A stretch of DNA of 64,000 nt from Calcarisporiella thermophila CBS 279.70 (lineage: Eukaryota; Fungi; Calcarisporiellomycota), in assembly GCF_041956535.1 (NCBI RefSeq), contig NW_027192207.1, positions 276,454-340,453 on the forward strand. The letters are read 5' to 3'. The notes below the pieces were generated by a model that searched no databases, was not told the origin of the DNA, and saw nothing but the letters and a program-made list of their open reading frames with translations. The translations under genes and the position numbers were made by a program. Below, piece by piece: positions 1 through 11,613 of this stretch. How positions within the stretch are numbered: position 1 is the stretch's first letter; each line of letters begins with the position of its first letter.

Positions 1-1641
1 TTTAAATGAAAATTGTATAAAAAATTGAAATTTAGTTTATTGAAAAATTAAATATTGAAACTATAGTTTAAATTATATATCATGTAGTTGAAGCATTTAT
101 TAGTGAATACGCGTTTTATAAATAAGTTCTATTGTGACAGAAGTAATTTGGGACTTCTGGACTCATATAGTAAAATAATAGTAGAAATAAAAGAGAAAAT
201 TAGTAGTAAGAATCAGAAAACCAATTGCTGAACTATTAAATAAATAACAGGAAAAACAAATAAACTGGATTCTTCATCTATAAACAAATAAGATAATAAT
301 TAAAAGTATGTAATATTAAGTTGCAAATTAAAAATCCTGACAATAAACCTCTAATATCTAATATGAGAAATATTCATAATGACGTATCACTCAATGAACA
401 CAAGTAAAATAATAAGACACTCTTCCACAAGAAAATTTTTGAAAATTTTTCTAAGATACGTAGCCAATTTTTTTTAAAAAAGAATGTGCAACATTAGTTA
501 AAACTTATCGTGATTTTACAAATCATGCATATTTATAGGAGGCCTTCTATTTACTTGCCCATAATCAATTCAAGCACTATACAGAAGTATAATTTTAGTA
601 TTATGGAAAGTTTGTAAGAACGTATATAATTTTTTTAAAACCATCCCCTTGTGAAGAGCTCATAACTTTGTTGAAGCAATTTTTTTATCAGTGTAAAAAA
701 CGTTTAATTAATTGTTTATTTCCAAAAATTATTGATCTAAAGTTCTTTCGCAACTGGTTATTTCCCAAGAAGAATTTCTTCAATAATAAGATGAGAGTGC
801 AGATGATAAACGAGAACTGAAATATTACTTTCAAATGTATATAGCTCTTACACATATATATATGGGTACAATACTTCGCTTAATCTACTAAATCATCTAG
901 CTAGATTCTCTTTTCTGAAGTAATGCCGATTCTATCTTCCGTTTCTTACCAGCAATTTGTAATAATAGGTTTCTTATGAGGCTGTACTGGAACAAGTGCC
1001 AGTGTTTAAGTCAATTTTTAATTTTTCGTGCCTTGGTGAAAAGTTTTTACCACATTAAACTTTACGAATCTTCTGAGAGTGCTTGTAATGTCTCGGGCTA
1101 TTTTCAACACCAATTAGGCACAAATGAATCACTTTTGGGCATGTAAAATTGCATCTCAAAAACTGGAACGAATATTAATTCGCTCGATGTATTTTCCCAT
1201 GGAACTTGTTCAGTCTTCAAATATAATCATACGTCTTTGATCTTTTCAAAATTGCCAGCCACGTTCTTAATATTATGTAAGTATAAAAGTTCCATTAGGA
1301 TTTTATAGCCAGATTGCCTCTAATCGTAAAATTTTCTTTGGCCCTTTGCAAACCTCTTTTCATATTGGTCGCAACGCACCTTTTGTTATATCGCTAGGAT
1401 TCCAGCGATATTACAGGTACGCACGGATATGACTCTTTAGTTCATGGCATCCTTATATGTTCCTTCTTCGGGTCAATTACCCCTAGGTGCATCCCTTTAG
1501 CCCGAAACAAGAGGATGAAACCCGAGGCATTTCCTGGTTTGAAATCATTATTAATTGTAATTTCAATCGCTGTATAAATAGTGTTCAAATCAACCTTAAA
1601 TTTGTTATTACGTAGCCCCATATTAGAATAACATTTCCCTC

Positions 1642-3243
1642 ATGCTTACAATATTGATTTTCTTGGCTGCGTTTCCATGTGTCATTTGCGATACAATTTT
1701 GAGGCTCGAATATGGAATATTTAATGGCACTATTGAAAACGGGCTATCAGTGTGGCGGGGGGTGCCGTTTGCTAAACCGCCTGTTGGAGACCTGCGGTTC
1801 CGGGCACCGCAGCCACCGCAACAGTTCACTTCGGTTCAGAAGGCTGACACGTTCGGAAGCAGCTGCATTCAGTTTCGTACTCCTAGAGATAAAGAAAGTG
1901 CTGTAACTGACGTCTCTGAAGATTGTCTATATCTGAATATCTGGAGGCCCACAAACGCTCAAAATCTACCCATTTTGTTCTGGATCTATGGAGGCGGGTT
2001 TTTAATGGGTTCTTCTTCGTTGCCTGCATTCGACGGATCCCATCTAGTCCAGAGATCAAACAATAGCATCATTTTCGTATCTGCAAATTATCGCGTGGGT
2101 CCTCTCGGCTTTCTTTCTTCTGAAGAAGTTCGCAGGGATGGAGATTTGAATGCAGGCCTTCTCGACCAGAAAATGGCGTTGGAATGGGTCCGCAAGTATG
2201 CGAGTGCATTTGGGGGTGATCCGACGCAAATAACAGTTATGGGCGAGAGTGCAGGCGCTATTTCAATTGGACTCCATCTTATTTCTGCCTCTTCCACGGA
2301 GAGCTCCCGCTCAAATGGAAATTTAGAGTTGGGATCTCGGCAAGAGAACACTTCAAAGGCCTCAACAAAACGCCTTTTTGATAAAGCCATCTTGTCGAGC
2401 GGATCGCCGGCCGCCGAGACTTACTGTCGGCCATATAAGGACTTCCAATCAGTTTACAACAGACTTCTCAAGAAAGTTGGATGTTATTCAGCCGCCAATA
2501 CGTTGGAGTGTTTGAGGCAATGCGACATCAGATTGCTGCTCAATGCGGGCTATCAATTAACGCAAACATCGAACCCTATCCTTGCGTTTAGTCCAGTTGT
2601 TGATGGAAGGTACATTGTTGAAGACTGCTCAGAGCGCTTGAAGCAACAAAAGTTCCTCCATGTTCCGCTCATTGTGGGAACCAACACCAACGAAGGCGTC
2701 TCCTTCGTAGATAGAATACCATTGAAAAATACTACATTAGTTCTATTTGCGGCCATAAAGCGAGTTTTCCCGTCCGTTTCTATTTCTACTCTGCTGAGAA
2801 TTGCTCAGCTATACCCAATTGGGGCAGCATATCCTAAATATGAGTCGCGGCTGTCTCTAGCTGTCGGAGAGGAATCGATAATTTGCCCTTCGTTAAAGCT
2901 GGCCAAGGCATTTTCACCCGATGTATATAAATACCGCTTTAATCAAGCCGAAGGTCCTAATGGAGCATTTCATGGTGCCGACATCCCTTACATGTTTCAT
3001 AACACTCGGGGTATGATGGATTCAGAAGTTCAACTTGCGGACCTCATTTCAGACTATTACATCTCTTTCATACAATCTGGAGACCCTAACACGAATTCTT
3101 CACACATCAAATGGCCCAGATATGACGCTGGAAAACAAATTGTATTTGAGGCTGAAAAAACTGGTCTGGAAAAAGACCCAAGCGACAACGAGAGATGCGA
3201 TTTTTGGAATTCTTTTGACTATACCAGCTCTATTTTTGGGTAA
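1642..3243 (+). CDS. Secreted type-B carboxylesterase/lipase, intronless, 533 aa
   Basis: Signal peptide; WRGVPFAKPPVGDLRF, SEDCLYLNIW, oxyanion YGGGF, nucleophile GESAG, acid NTNEG, base GAFHGADI; TATAAATA at ~1573. Confidence 0.95.
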   Translation: MLTILIFLAAFPCVICDTILRLEYGIFNGTIENGLSVWRGVPFAKPPVGDLRFRAPQPPQQFTSVQKADTFGSSCIQFRTPRDKESAVTDVSEDCLYLNIWRPTNAQNLPILFWIYGGGFLMGSSSLPAFDGSHLVQRSNNSIIFVSANYRVGPLGFLSSEEVRRDGDLNAGLLDQKMALEWVRKYASAFGGDPTQITVMGESAGAISIGLHLISASSTESSRSNGNLELGSRQENTSKASTKRLFDKAILSSGSPAAETYCRPYKDFQSVYNRLLKKVGCYSAANTLECLRQCDIRLLLNAGYQLTQTSNPILAFSPVVDGRYIVEDCSERLKQQKFLHVPLIVGTNTNEGVSFVDRIPLKNTTLVLFAAIKRVFPSVSISTLLRIAQLYPIGAAYPKYESRLSLAVGEESIICPSLKLAKAFSPDVYKYRFNQAEGPNGAFHGADIPYMFHNTRGMMDSEVQLADLISDYYISFIQSGDPNTNSSHIKWPRYDAGKQIVFEAEKTGLEKDPSDNERCDFWNSFDYTSSIFG

Positions 3244-3504
3244 AGTCTTCACACAGACTTTACGTTGGCAAAAGACGAATTAGAATATAAAGCTAATGGA
3301 TAAGTAATTGTAATATTGACTCTAATATTTATTTATTAATGTATTTCAGCCTTTAATATTAAATTCAGAATCTTCCCAGCTTGTTAATATCTAAATGTCT
3401 AATTTATTAATATTTTAATCATGCATTATCTGCATAAATTTTTTCAAAATGTACTTAAAGACGTGTTTCTAACTCGACTAAATTTCAAACCTCTTATTTT
3501 CACA

Positions 3505-3872
3505 ACGCATAGGATGTGGCTTTTTATGGTACTTCTCTCATACTTGTTGTGCGACACGCTTTTGACACTGGATAATGGAGTATTTAACGGTATGAAAAAA
3601 AAGAGACCTTAGTATGGCGTGGGGTACCATATATTAAGCCGCCGGTTGGAGAATTGCGATTTAGGGCGCCCGAACCGCCACGGCGAACAATTATATCTCG
3701 TTCATACGCTCTGGAGACCTAACATGTTCACTTCACACACCAAAATTTGGGGTGACATACTCAGGATATTTAATGGCCTAAGTACGTCAGGAAACAAATT
3801 AAATTCGAAGCGGAAAATACGATGCGGACGACGCGGATCACTCTCACAATGTGAGATGTATCTTCTGGAATA
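3505..3872 (+). pseudogene. Carboxylesterase pseudogene with a large internal deletion
   Basis: N-terminal LLCDTLLTLDNGVFNG, frameshift, then VWRGVPYIKPPVGELRFRAPEPP joined directly to C-terminal YISFIRSGD...QIKFEAEN...RCIFWN remnants. Confidence 0.85.
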
Positions 3873-5007
3873 ATCAATATCACCAACCAGATATCTCCAA
3901 TAAAAATTATCCATACTGGTACCTCCACACATAGTTGGATCTAGAAAACTCAGCTAGCACCACTACAAGGGTATGAAATATTGTCTTACTTAGGGTTACA
4001 CCAAGCCTCCTTAATCCCTACAAAACATGGTAATAAAAAATGCTCAAAGAAGATTACAAGAGCTTTAGGAGATGTTCACGATTTTCAAGTATCGGAGATA
4101 GTCACAAGCGAAAGGGGGCTTGCAAGTGTAAAATGGCTAGCTTAGCTGATAAACTATTTGCAGCCAATCGGCTGTTTAAAAGTAAATGCTAGAGTTATAG
4201 TATAAGCAACAGGAAATATATTTGCGCAAGAAATGTTGTGCAGTCTATGGCCATAACCTTGTTTTCAGATCGACCTTCAGATCAGCCCACTTCTGTCCCA
4301 GAATTCCAAATCCGACTTCTGCTTATATCCTTTTGGTCCCTGTGTTGTTTCGAAATGACACTAAAAATAACCGAATCTCATATTAAATCATTTTCAATAC
4401 CTATATTGTCATGATGGAAACATACGTTACATAACGAAAATCTCAAGAAAACAAATAAATGTGCCTGCACTCCATTTTCCTATTGTATCCAACAATTATC
4501 ACAAAAAGAGTGTTTCTGTACCAACCTTTATTTCCACTGCAGCAATACCCATGTGCCCACCCCTTAACACTCACACTGTAGTTGCCACGGGCCTAAATGT
4601 GAATAAACAATGCAGCCCCACTACAACTACCTTTGTTGCGTAATTATCTTCCAATTGATTACAGCTCATGATTCCTAACCCAAAATGCGAATACGAAACC
4701 CAGGACTTGGCACTGAGTTTTCATTGCGGAGAGAGGCTAAAGTCCGCAAAAGGCAAGATTGATTTCCTTATCTCACCTTTAAGGCTCAACATGTTTTAAC
4801 ATTCGAGTTCTATAGTTGGGATTGAGTTATCCGAGCCGAGAGTCCCACTTTTGAAATATCAAACTACCTCGGACTTCAATCCAATTCCACGTTTTATCAG
4901 ATCTCTCCGAGCCCCCACCTCCCTAATAAATACACCTTATTTAGCACTGCCATCAAACAATTTGGTACTATTGCAGCTTCATTTTATTATATTATACTAT
5001 TTCACCC

Positions 5008-6600
5008 ATGCGTAGGATTTTAGTTTTGGCGACGCTGTTCTGTTGCGTGTTGGGCGACACGCTATTGAAGCTCGACTATGGCATGTTTAATGGCACAAAT
5101 GAAGACGGGCTGACCGTTTGGCGTGGGGTGCCATTTGCTAAACCGCCGGTTGGAGACTTGCGATTCAGAGCACCGCAGCCGCCGCAGCGCTTCTCTTCCC
5201 TGCAGCAGGCCGACAAATTCGGAAATAGCTGTATCCAATTCGTGAACATGACGGCACCAAATAATGCCTCAGAAGACTGCCTGTCTCTAAACATCTGGAA
5301 GCCCGCAAATGCACAAAATCTTCCCATTGTGTTCTGGATACACGGAGGAGCGTTTTTGTTGGGCTCGTCGGCGATGGACGTTTACGATGGATCGCGTCTA
5401 GTCAAGCAATCGAACAACAGCATCATTTTTGTTTCCTCCAACTATCGCCTTGGTGCGCTTGGCTTCCTAGCCTCTGATGAAATACTCAAGGACGGAGATC
5501 TGAATGCTGGTCTCCTTGATCAAAGGATGGCCTTGGAATGGGTTCGCAAGTATGCGACCTTATTCGGGGGCGACCCAACGCGGATCACCGCAATGGGAGA
5601 GAGTGCCGGCGCTATTTCAATTGGTTTACACCTTGTTTCTAGTAGCCCAAAGAATACAAAAAAGAGGCAGCGCCTAAGTTCACGGCAGGAGAAAGCTCCA
5701 CTCCAGCGTCCATTTGATAGAGCCATCCTGTCAAGCGGATCTTCAACCAGTGCTTACAATTGCATGACATACAAGTCCTTCCAACCCGTTTACAACGCAC
5801 TCGTTGAGAACGTCAACTGCTCAAATGCCAACAACACTTTGGAGTGTCTTAGAAAGAGCGATATAACTGTCCTGCATACTGCAGGCGTGGCGTTAGCAGA
5901 ATCCACATTCCCTCAACTTAAGTATCCTCCTGTCGCAGGTGGAGAGTATATTTCCAAGGGTTGCTCCGATGTGTTAGACAGCCGCCAGTTCCTTGACGTT
6001 CCGCTCATCGTGGGCACAAACACCAACGAGGGGACCTTGTTCGCCAATAATATCCCCAGCAATACAACTGAAGAATACATTTCAGGATTGAAGAAGATCA
6101 TTCCTTGTATCTCCAACTCTACCATACAGGATCTTATCAAATTGTATCCGGAAGAGAAGGAGATCCCACAATTTGATACACGACTTTCGCTACCATTTGG
6201 AGATATGACTTTTATATGTCCCGCGTATAAGCTAGCGAAAGCCTATTCCACCAATGTGTACAAATATCGGTTTAACCAGCCAGATGGCCCTCTCGGCGCT
6301 CGCCACGGAGGCGACATCCCCTACATGTTCCACAATGTAGCCAACTTGACTGCTTCAGAAGCGCAACTGTCGGATATCATGACGAATTACTATATCTCAT
6401 TCATCCGTTCTGGAGACCCCAACGCCCATACCCCGTATATCAAATGGCCTAAGTTTGCCGGTGAACGAATTAAATTTGAGGCAGAAAATACGGAGCTGGA
6501 GAAGGACACCTCTGACAATGAGATATGTACTTACTGGAACTCGCACAACTATAACTGCCAGCCGGATAATGCAAAAAACGAACCTAAAGATGAGCAGTGA
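5008..6600 (+). CDS. Secreted type-B carboxylesterase/lipase, intronless, 530 aa (tandem paralogue)
   Basis: Signal peptide; SEDCLSLNIW, HGGAF, GESAG, NTNEG, GARHGGDI; collinear with 1642-3243. Confidence 0.95.
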   Translation: MRRILVLATLFCCVLGDTLLKLDYGMFNGTNEDGLTVWRGVPFAKPPVGDLRFRAPQPPQRFSSLQQADKFGNSCIQFVNMTAPNNASEDCLSLNIWKPANAQNLPIVFWIHGGAFLLGSSAMDVYDGSRLVKQSNNSIIFVSSNYRLGALGFLASDEILKDGDLNAGLLDQRMALEWVRKYATLFGGDPTRITAMGESAGAISIGLHLVSSSPKNTKKRQRLSSRQEKAPLQRPFDRAILSSGSSTSAYNCMTYKSFQPVYNALVENVNCSNANNTLECLRKSDITVLHTAGVALAESTFPQLKYPPVAGGEYISKGCSDVLDSRQFLDVPLIVGTNTNEGTLFANNIPSNTTEEYISGLKKIIPCISNSTIQDLIKLYPEEKEIPQFDTRLSLPFGDMTFICPAYKLAKAYSTNVYKYRFNQPDGPLGARHGGDIPYMFHNVANLTASEAQLSDIMTNYYISFIRSGDPNAHTPYIKWPKFAGERIKFEAENTELEKDTSDNEICTYWNSHNYNCQPDNAKNEPKDEQ

Positions 6601-7239
6601 ATCATAGAGTAGAGTTAGTGCAGTTTATTTTTGAATATATCATGTATAAGGTTGCATAAAATTCTGAATCCTGAAATGAACACAATTTTTTTCTTTTTCC
6701 TCTTGTTAACAGGACCTTGGCATGACTCAATAAAATTTTCAACTATTGTAACAAAAAACTCAGCTACTAATTGACATTGCATTACCTTTCACACCTGAAA
6801 TTGACTTCGACCTAGTATATACAGCAAGTACTACTTCATAAGAGTCCCCATATTTTGTTAGGATATACAATATATCAAGTCAGTTTGATTTCTATGATTG
6901 TTTACAATGAAACACAAGAAGCATGTAGAAGCATTTCACTTAAATCGAAGACGGCGGCAAGACGTACGCTTATTGATAGAGCACAATAGTTGGCTCATCT
7001 GATAAGCTATTCTCTGCCAATCGAAAAACTTAAAGCATCAGTTCGAGTTATGACAAAATTCAAGTGGCAGGATAATATATTTGTAAGCGTCATGTTGTGT
7101 GGCGTGTGGTACTTAAAGGGTGTATTCAAACCACCTACAGAACTACTCGCCTCTACTCCAGAATTCTGAGTATCGAATTCGCTTTTACTACAACTAGTCC
7201 CTACCTAATATTGAGAAAGCAACTTAAAAGTGTCCAATA

Positions 7240-8030
7240 TTTTTGCCAATCATGTCATGTCTACCAGTCTGTATACAATGAATTTGCTGAGAATTTTGAC
7301 TGTTCAAATGCAAACAGGACGCTAAACTATCTAAGGGAGTTCATTATAGCTCACCTACACAATTCAGGTATAGCCATTGCACAAACAGAAGCATCGCCAT
7401 TTTTCATTAAATATAATCCTGTCGTCGGCGAATTGTATAATGTCAACGATTGCTTTTCCTTTGAAAGATAATAGATTCGTTCATATTCCGTTCATTGTCG
7501 GAACAAACACCATTGAGGGGACCATATTTGCGGGACAATTACCGTCTAACATAAAGGAAAAGTTCAATTCAAGTTTGAATAAATTGACATGCTTTCAATA
7601 TTCCGTTGCAGGAGATTGCCAAGTTTGTATCCAGGAGGAGAAGCTTACTTAATATACGAAATACGAATAATTCTAGCAATCGGTAATCATATATTTAGAT
7701 ATTCTGCGCTAGAGTTAGCCAAGGCATATTCTCCCAATGTATCGAAGTACGCTTGATCAGTCCAACGGACCTCCTGGTGCATATGGCTCCGAAGATATCC
7801 GATATGCATTCCAGGCCACACAAAATGTCAGCTTCAAAGGCGCAACTAGCAAACATCATTTCGGACCATTATATCTCGTTTGTCCATTCTGGAGACCTTA
7901 TCATCAACTCTCCGCACATCAAATGGCCCAAAATGCTGCCGGGAGCAAATTATATTTGAGGCGGAATATATAAGAAACAGCATCTCAACAACCAATGGTG
8001 TGCTTATTGTAACGATTCCAACTACACCGG
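7240..8030 (+). pseudogene. Carboxylesterase pseudogene (3' half, frameshifted)
   Basis: Fragments in different frames: YQSVYNEFAENFDCSNANRTL, HIPFIVGTNTIEGT, NGPPGAYGSEDIRYAF, ISDHYISFVHSGD..HIKWPK, QIIFEAE. Confidence 0.85.
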
Positions 8031-8249
8031 CCCTCTATTTATATGTTCCCACGAAGACTTTCATGCAAGAAAATATAGTTGGAGATCACGGGCTATCTTT
8101 TTTTAATATATGTTTCTGAATTGTACAGAATTCAAGAAAGTTTATATTAGGATTATAGAGATATAATCTTAATGGAAATTATTCTTCTGTTTATTTTTTG
8201 AAAAATGTTTAAACATTTCCTAACTCTACTTTGGCCAAAAAGTATAAAC

Positions 8250-8340
8250 ATCGTCATTTCAGAGACTTAAATACATTAAATAATCATGAACTGAGCACGA
8301 GGCTCTGATTCAATGACTTTCCTCTCATCATTATGACGAT
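8250..8340 (-). ncRNA. Box C/D snoRNA
   Basis: Box C AUGAUGA (8331-8325), D' CAGA, C' AUGAUUA, box D CUGA (8262-8259), closed by a perfect 8-bp terminal stem AUCGUCAU/AUGACGAU. Confidence 0.85.
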
Positions 8341-8360
8341 AATATAAAAATAAAAAAAAA

Positions 8361-8452
8361 GTGGCCGCGAGAGGTGTGACCCTCTAGTTCAGCTCCACTC
8401 CCCCTTCTACAAAGATATTCATAGTTGAGGAATGGAGCGTGAAAACACCGCC
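8361..8452 (-). ncRNA. Unassigned three-way-junction structured RNA upstream of the snoRNA
   Basis: GGCGGUG/CGCGGCC closing helix; long hairpin UUCA(C)GCUCCAUUCCUC...GGGGAGUGGAGCUGAA with several G-U pairs; short AGAGG/CCUCU hairpin; followed by U9; TATAAATA at 8534-8527. Confidence 0.5.
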
Positions 8453-8749
8453 TTGTCAGAAAATGTGAAAAAGAAGGAAAGGAGAATAAGGAGGAGGTTA
8501 AGAAAACAACAGATGAAACCTCCCACTATTTATACACTCGATGTTAGCAGTCACAATTTGTTTATTTAACACGAAAAAAAAGAATAACTAGGAAAAAAAA
8601 TATAAAGAACACGAAAAGTATTGGAGCATATATGGAAAGTAAATTTCTTTGCTAGAGACAATGCAACACAAAAAAAAGTATGATGATTAGTAAAACAAGG
8701 TAAATAAAAAATTATATAGAAACCCTTAGGAACATATTAAGAAAAATTT

Positions 8750-11420
8750 TCAGCCATGAAACCCATTTTCATCTGTCTTCATATCCTCTTGACCTCGGAA
8801 ATCGAATTTTTCCACCGCTGTACCAGCGCTCGTGGGCGCATTCTCGTTTGTATTTAGACGCTCGTAGGCAAAGCGTTGATAATGATTTAATGTGAGCAGG
8901 AATTTGACACCGACCTAATCAAAGAGAGATGTGAGTCACCATTCACTAAATGCCATGCTATCGGCATTACTTACAGGGTGCGCGTTCATACGATTGAACA
9001 AGTCGAGCGTGTGTTGTCTGACGACTCGTGAAGGGTGGAAGAGCCCGAATCCAATTGGTGTCAGCCCTCCTCGATAGTGTGGAAGATACGACAAAAACTA
9101 TAAATGATTCGAGCATTGGTGAAGAGAATAAGTTGAGGACGAGGTGGACGTGGAAGGGAAACAGAACTTACCTCGACAATTTGCTTTGGTGTCACGACAT
9201 TGTCCACGAATGATTTGAATATAGCGATGACCTCCGCATCGGGAATATTCCGTTGCACTTGTAATTTGGATATTTGACGTGCGACGTCTAGATTTTTGAT
9301 GCTGCGTGTTTTCAATGATTTCATGAAATCCTAGTCCACCCAATCCGAAGAAAATTGACTTAGTAACAGCGCTCAATTGAATCAGGCAGCAGTACACTTA
9401 CAATTTGCCGGTATTTATAACTTATCGTCCCTCGCCATCCCTCTATACGATTCGCATTAATTGCGAGTTCACGTTGTTTTGTTGCCTCGTCTGCGAAAAA
9501 TATACCCGTGCCAAGCTGTGGCGATGCGTCTGGCATATTGGAGGTGGCCAGATCTACCTGCGTGGAGCCGTACGTTTCTTCTTCATATACAGCTGCTAGT
9601 TTGACAAATCGAGCAATATAATCCTGGAATTTGGCTCGAATAGCCGACTCACTGAAATGAGATTGAATAGCAACAGTCACCTAGGGAGAAGTTTAGAGTA
9701 GGGTCAGTATATGCAGTTACACGAGCCTCTTTGAACCAACTCACGTTTGCCATAAATTCGTTATCGGGCGATTCCCACTTGTCTCTTCCCCAAGTTTCGC
9801 CTTTGTCGCCACGAGCTTTCGAGTCATCTCCCGTCAAATCACCGCCCCGTGAGGTTTGCGACGGCATTTCGATATCCTTTGATATTAAAATTTTTCCAGT
9901 GTTTATATTACAGAGCACGTCCCACCATGATGGATGGTCCTCAAAAGTTGGATTCGTCACGCCAGCAATAAACCCGGGGCTGGATTATTTCGAAAAATTT
10001 AGCCAGAAAAGGGGACGGAAAAGAATAGAGTAAAAACAAACCATTTAAGTAATTCGTCCACATAGAGCAGATTGGTGTAAGGAAATGCGCGCTCCGTGAA
10101 TCCCCTGAGCACCGTCCCGCACCCTGTTCCCATTGCACATGCAGCTAGCACATAGTTTGCTACCTCACCGGACGGCCGGCCATGGCCAAGGAATACAACT
10201 CGTTTCTGTGTAAGCAAAGCATTAATGAGCACTATGATGGGATGGGTGAAAGGGCCGTTGATGTCAAGGTGAGGGTGGTGCACACCCGTCGAGGGTGTCA
10301 AGTTCGCAGGGCTGAATGTGGATATAAGCTTGATGAGAGAGAAATCCCCCACCTCCTCCGGATTCAGCGTGAGTGGAACACGGATTGGGAGACGAATACC
10401 ATCGTAAACTCCTTTCGTCTCGAAAAAATGGCGATCTTTATTACGACTTATGCTATTACGCCGGTCCGCAATGAGTGACATATAAGGTCGGCGTCGGCCT
10501 AGATCATCTCCTTCGTCACCTGCCCCAGTAGTGATGTCATTGCTGGTTTGAATGCCGAGCCCGGCCTGCGTGGTACCGATGCCAGGGCGCGAGTCATTGG
10601 AGATGGAGGGCTCTTCGTTGAATTTCTCCTCGAATAGATCATTATTTTCAGCATGACGTAGAATCTGCTTTTCATACCAGGTGAAGGAGGGCACTTGGGA
10701 AAGATCCATGGAGTTAACTGCTTCGTAGAGATCGGAAAGAACCTTGACGGAAGCATCCTTAAATGACTTTTCAATAGCTAAGAGCAAAACAGGCTAAAAG
10801 ATATATCCCATTAATAAGAAAATCAAATGATCATCTGCCAATGAGGTTCAAAAATGCACTTACTTTGTAGATATGCAAGAATCGGTGTCTTGTGCAAATG
10901 GCCATCGCTTTTACAATAGCTCCTCTACAATGCCATTAAAGTTTACTATTTCCATGTTCAACCTCCTTGATTTAGAAGTTGCATAATGGATACCTTTTGA
11001 CGCTTGCATCATGTTTTGTACGCACCAAATTAAGCACATAAAGTAGCGGTTTCTTTTCTTTATCGCCGTTCGTTCCGGACGAGATGGCATCGGGATCTGG
11101 CACGGTCTGATTAAGGAAGAAAACAGTCCAATCTTCGGAACGCATATGAGCACCATCCGGCAGCATCAGCTCGGCCAGTAAACTAGAGTAAGAAGAAGAG
11201 TTAATTGAGAAACTCACAATGAACACTGCACTGCGCATCTATTCCAATCTCCAAAATAATGCATTCCATCCATCCTAACTGGAACTTACTGTTCATCCAT
11301 GCCTGTCTCAGACGGATACTGGTAAGTAAGAGAGGCTCCTTTGTCAATGTCGAACTGTGCCTGCAGAATGTACTCGACGTGAAGTTCGGAGCCCTGCTGC
11401 ATCACATTCTCGTCCTCCAT
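8750..11420 (-). CDS. mesA: Polarity protein MesA/Afi1 (DENN-like Afi1 + SPA domains), multi-exon
   Basis: [63 protein letters not shown]; GT-AG introns traced to a TGA at 8750. Confidence 0.85.
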
Positions 11421-11613
11421 CGTCACGAAAAAGAAATAATGTAGACTACAACTTCTGTCGGGTCGTGCACACTCTAATACAGCAAAATTGGACCCCCGAT
11501 TCTGGCTGTACTTATGAAATATTAGCCAACGGTGTAGTTTTAAAAGGATTTCATACGTCTGAAACCTTTGAGCAAGAAAGTTCATGTTTGAGTTGGGAGA
11601 AATGGAGTGTATT

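Noticed and set aside
480-1320. Stop-riddled coding-like sequence on the minus strand
   Set aside because: No recognisable family; cannot support a call
8361-8452. TPP riboswitch, SECIS, hammerhead, U5 or true tRNA identity
   Set aside because: Lacks CUGAGA, the AUGA/GA quartet, CUGAUGA, GCCUUUUAC and the D-arm/TTC loop respectively
10926-10993. mesA intron starting GTATCCAT, possible U12-type intron
   Set aside because: Mismatch to GTATCCTT and no TCCTTAAC branch site
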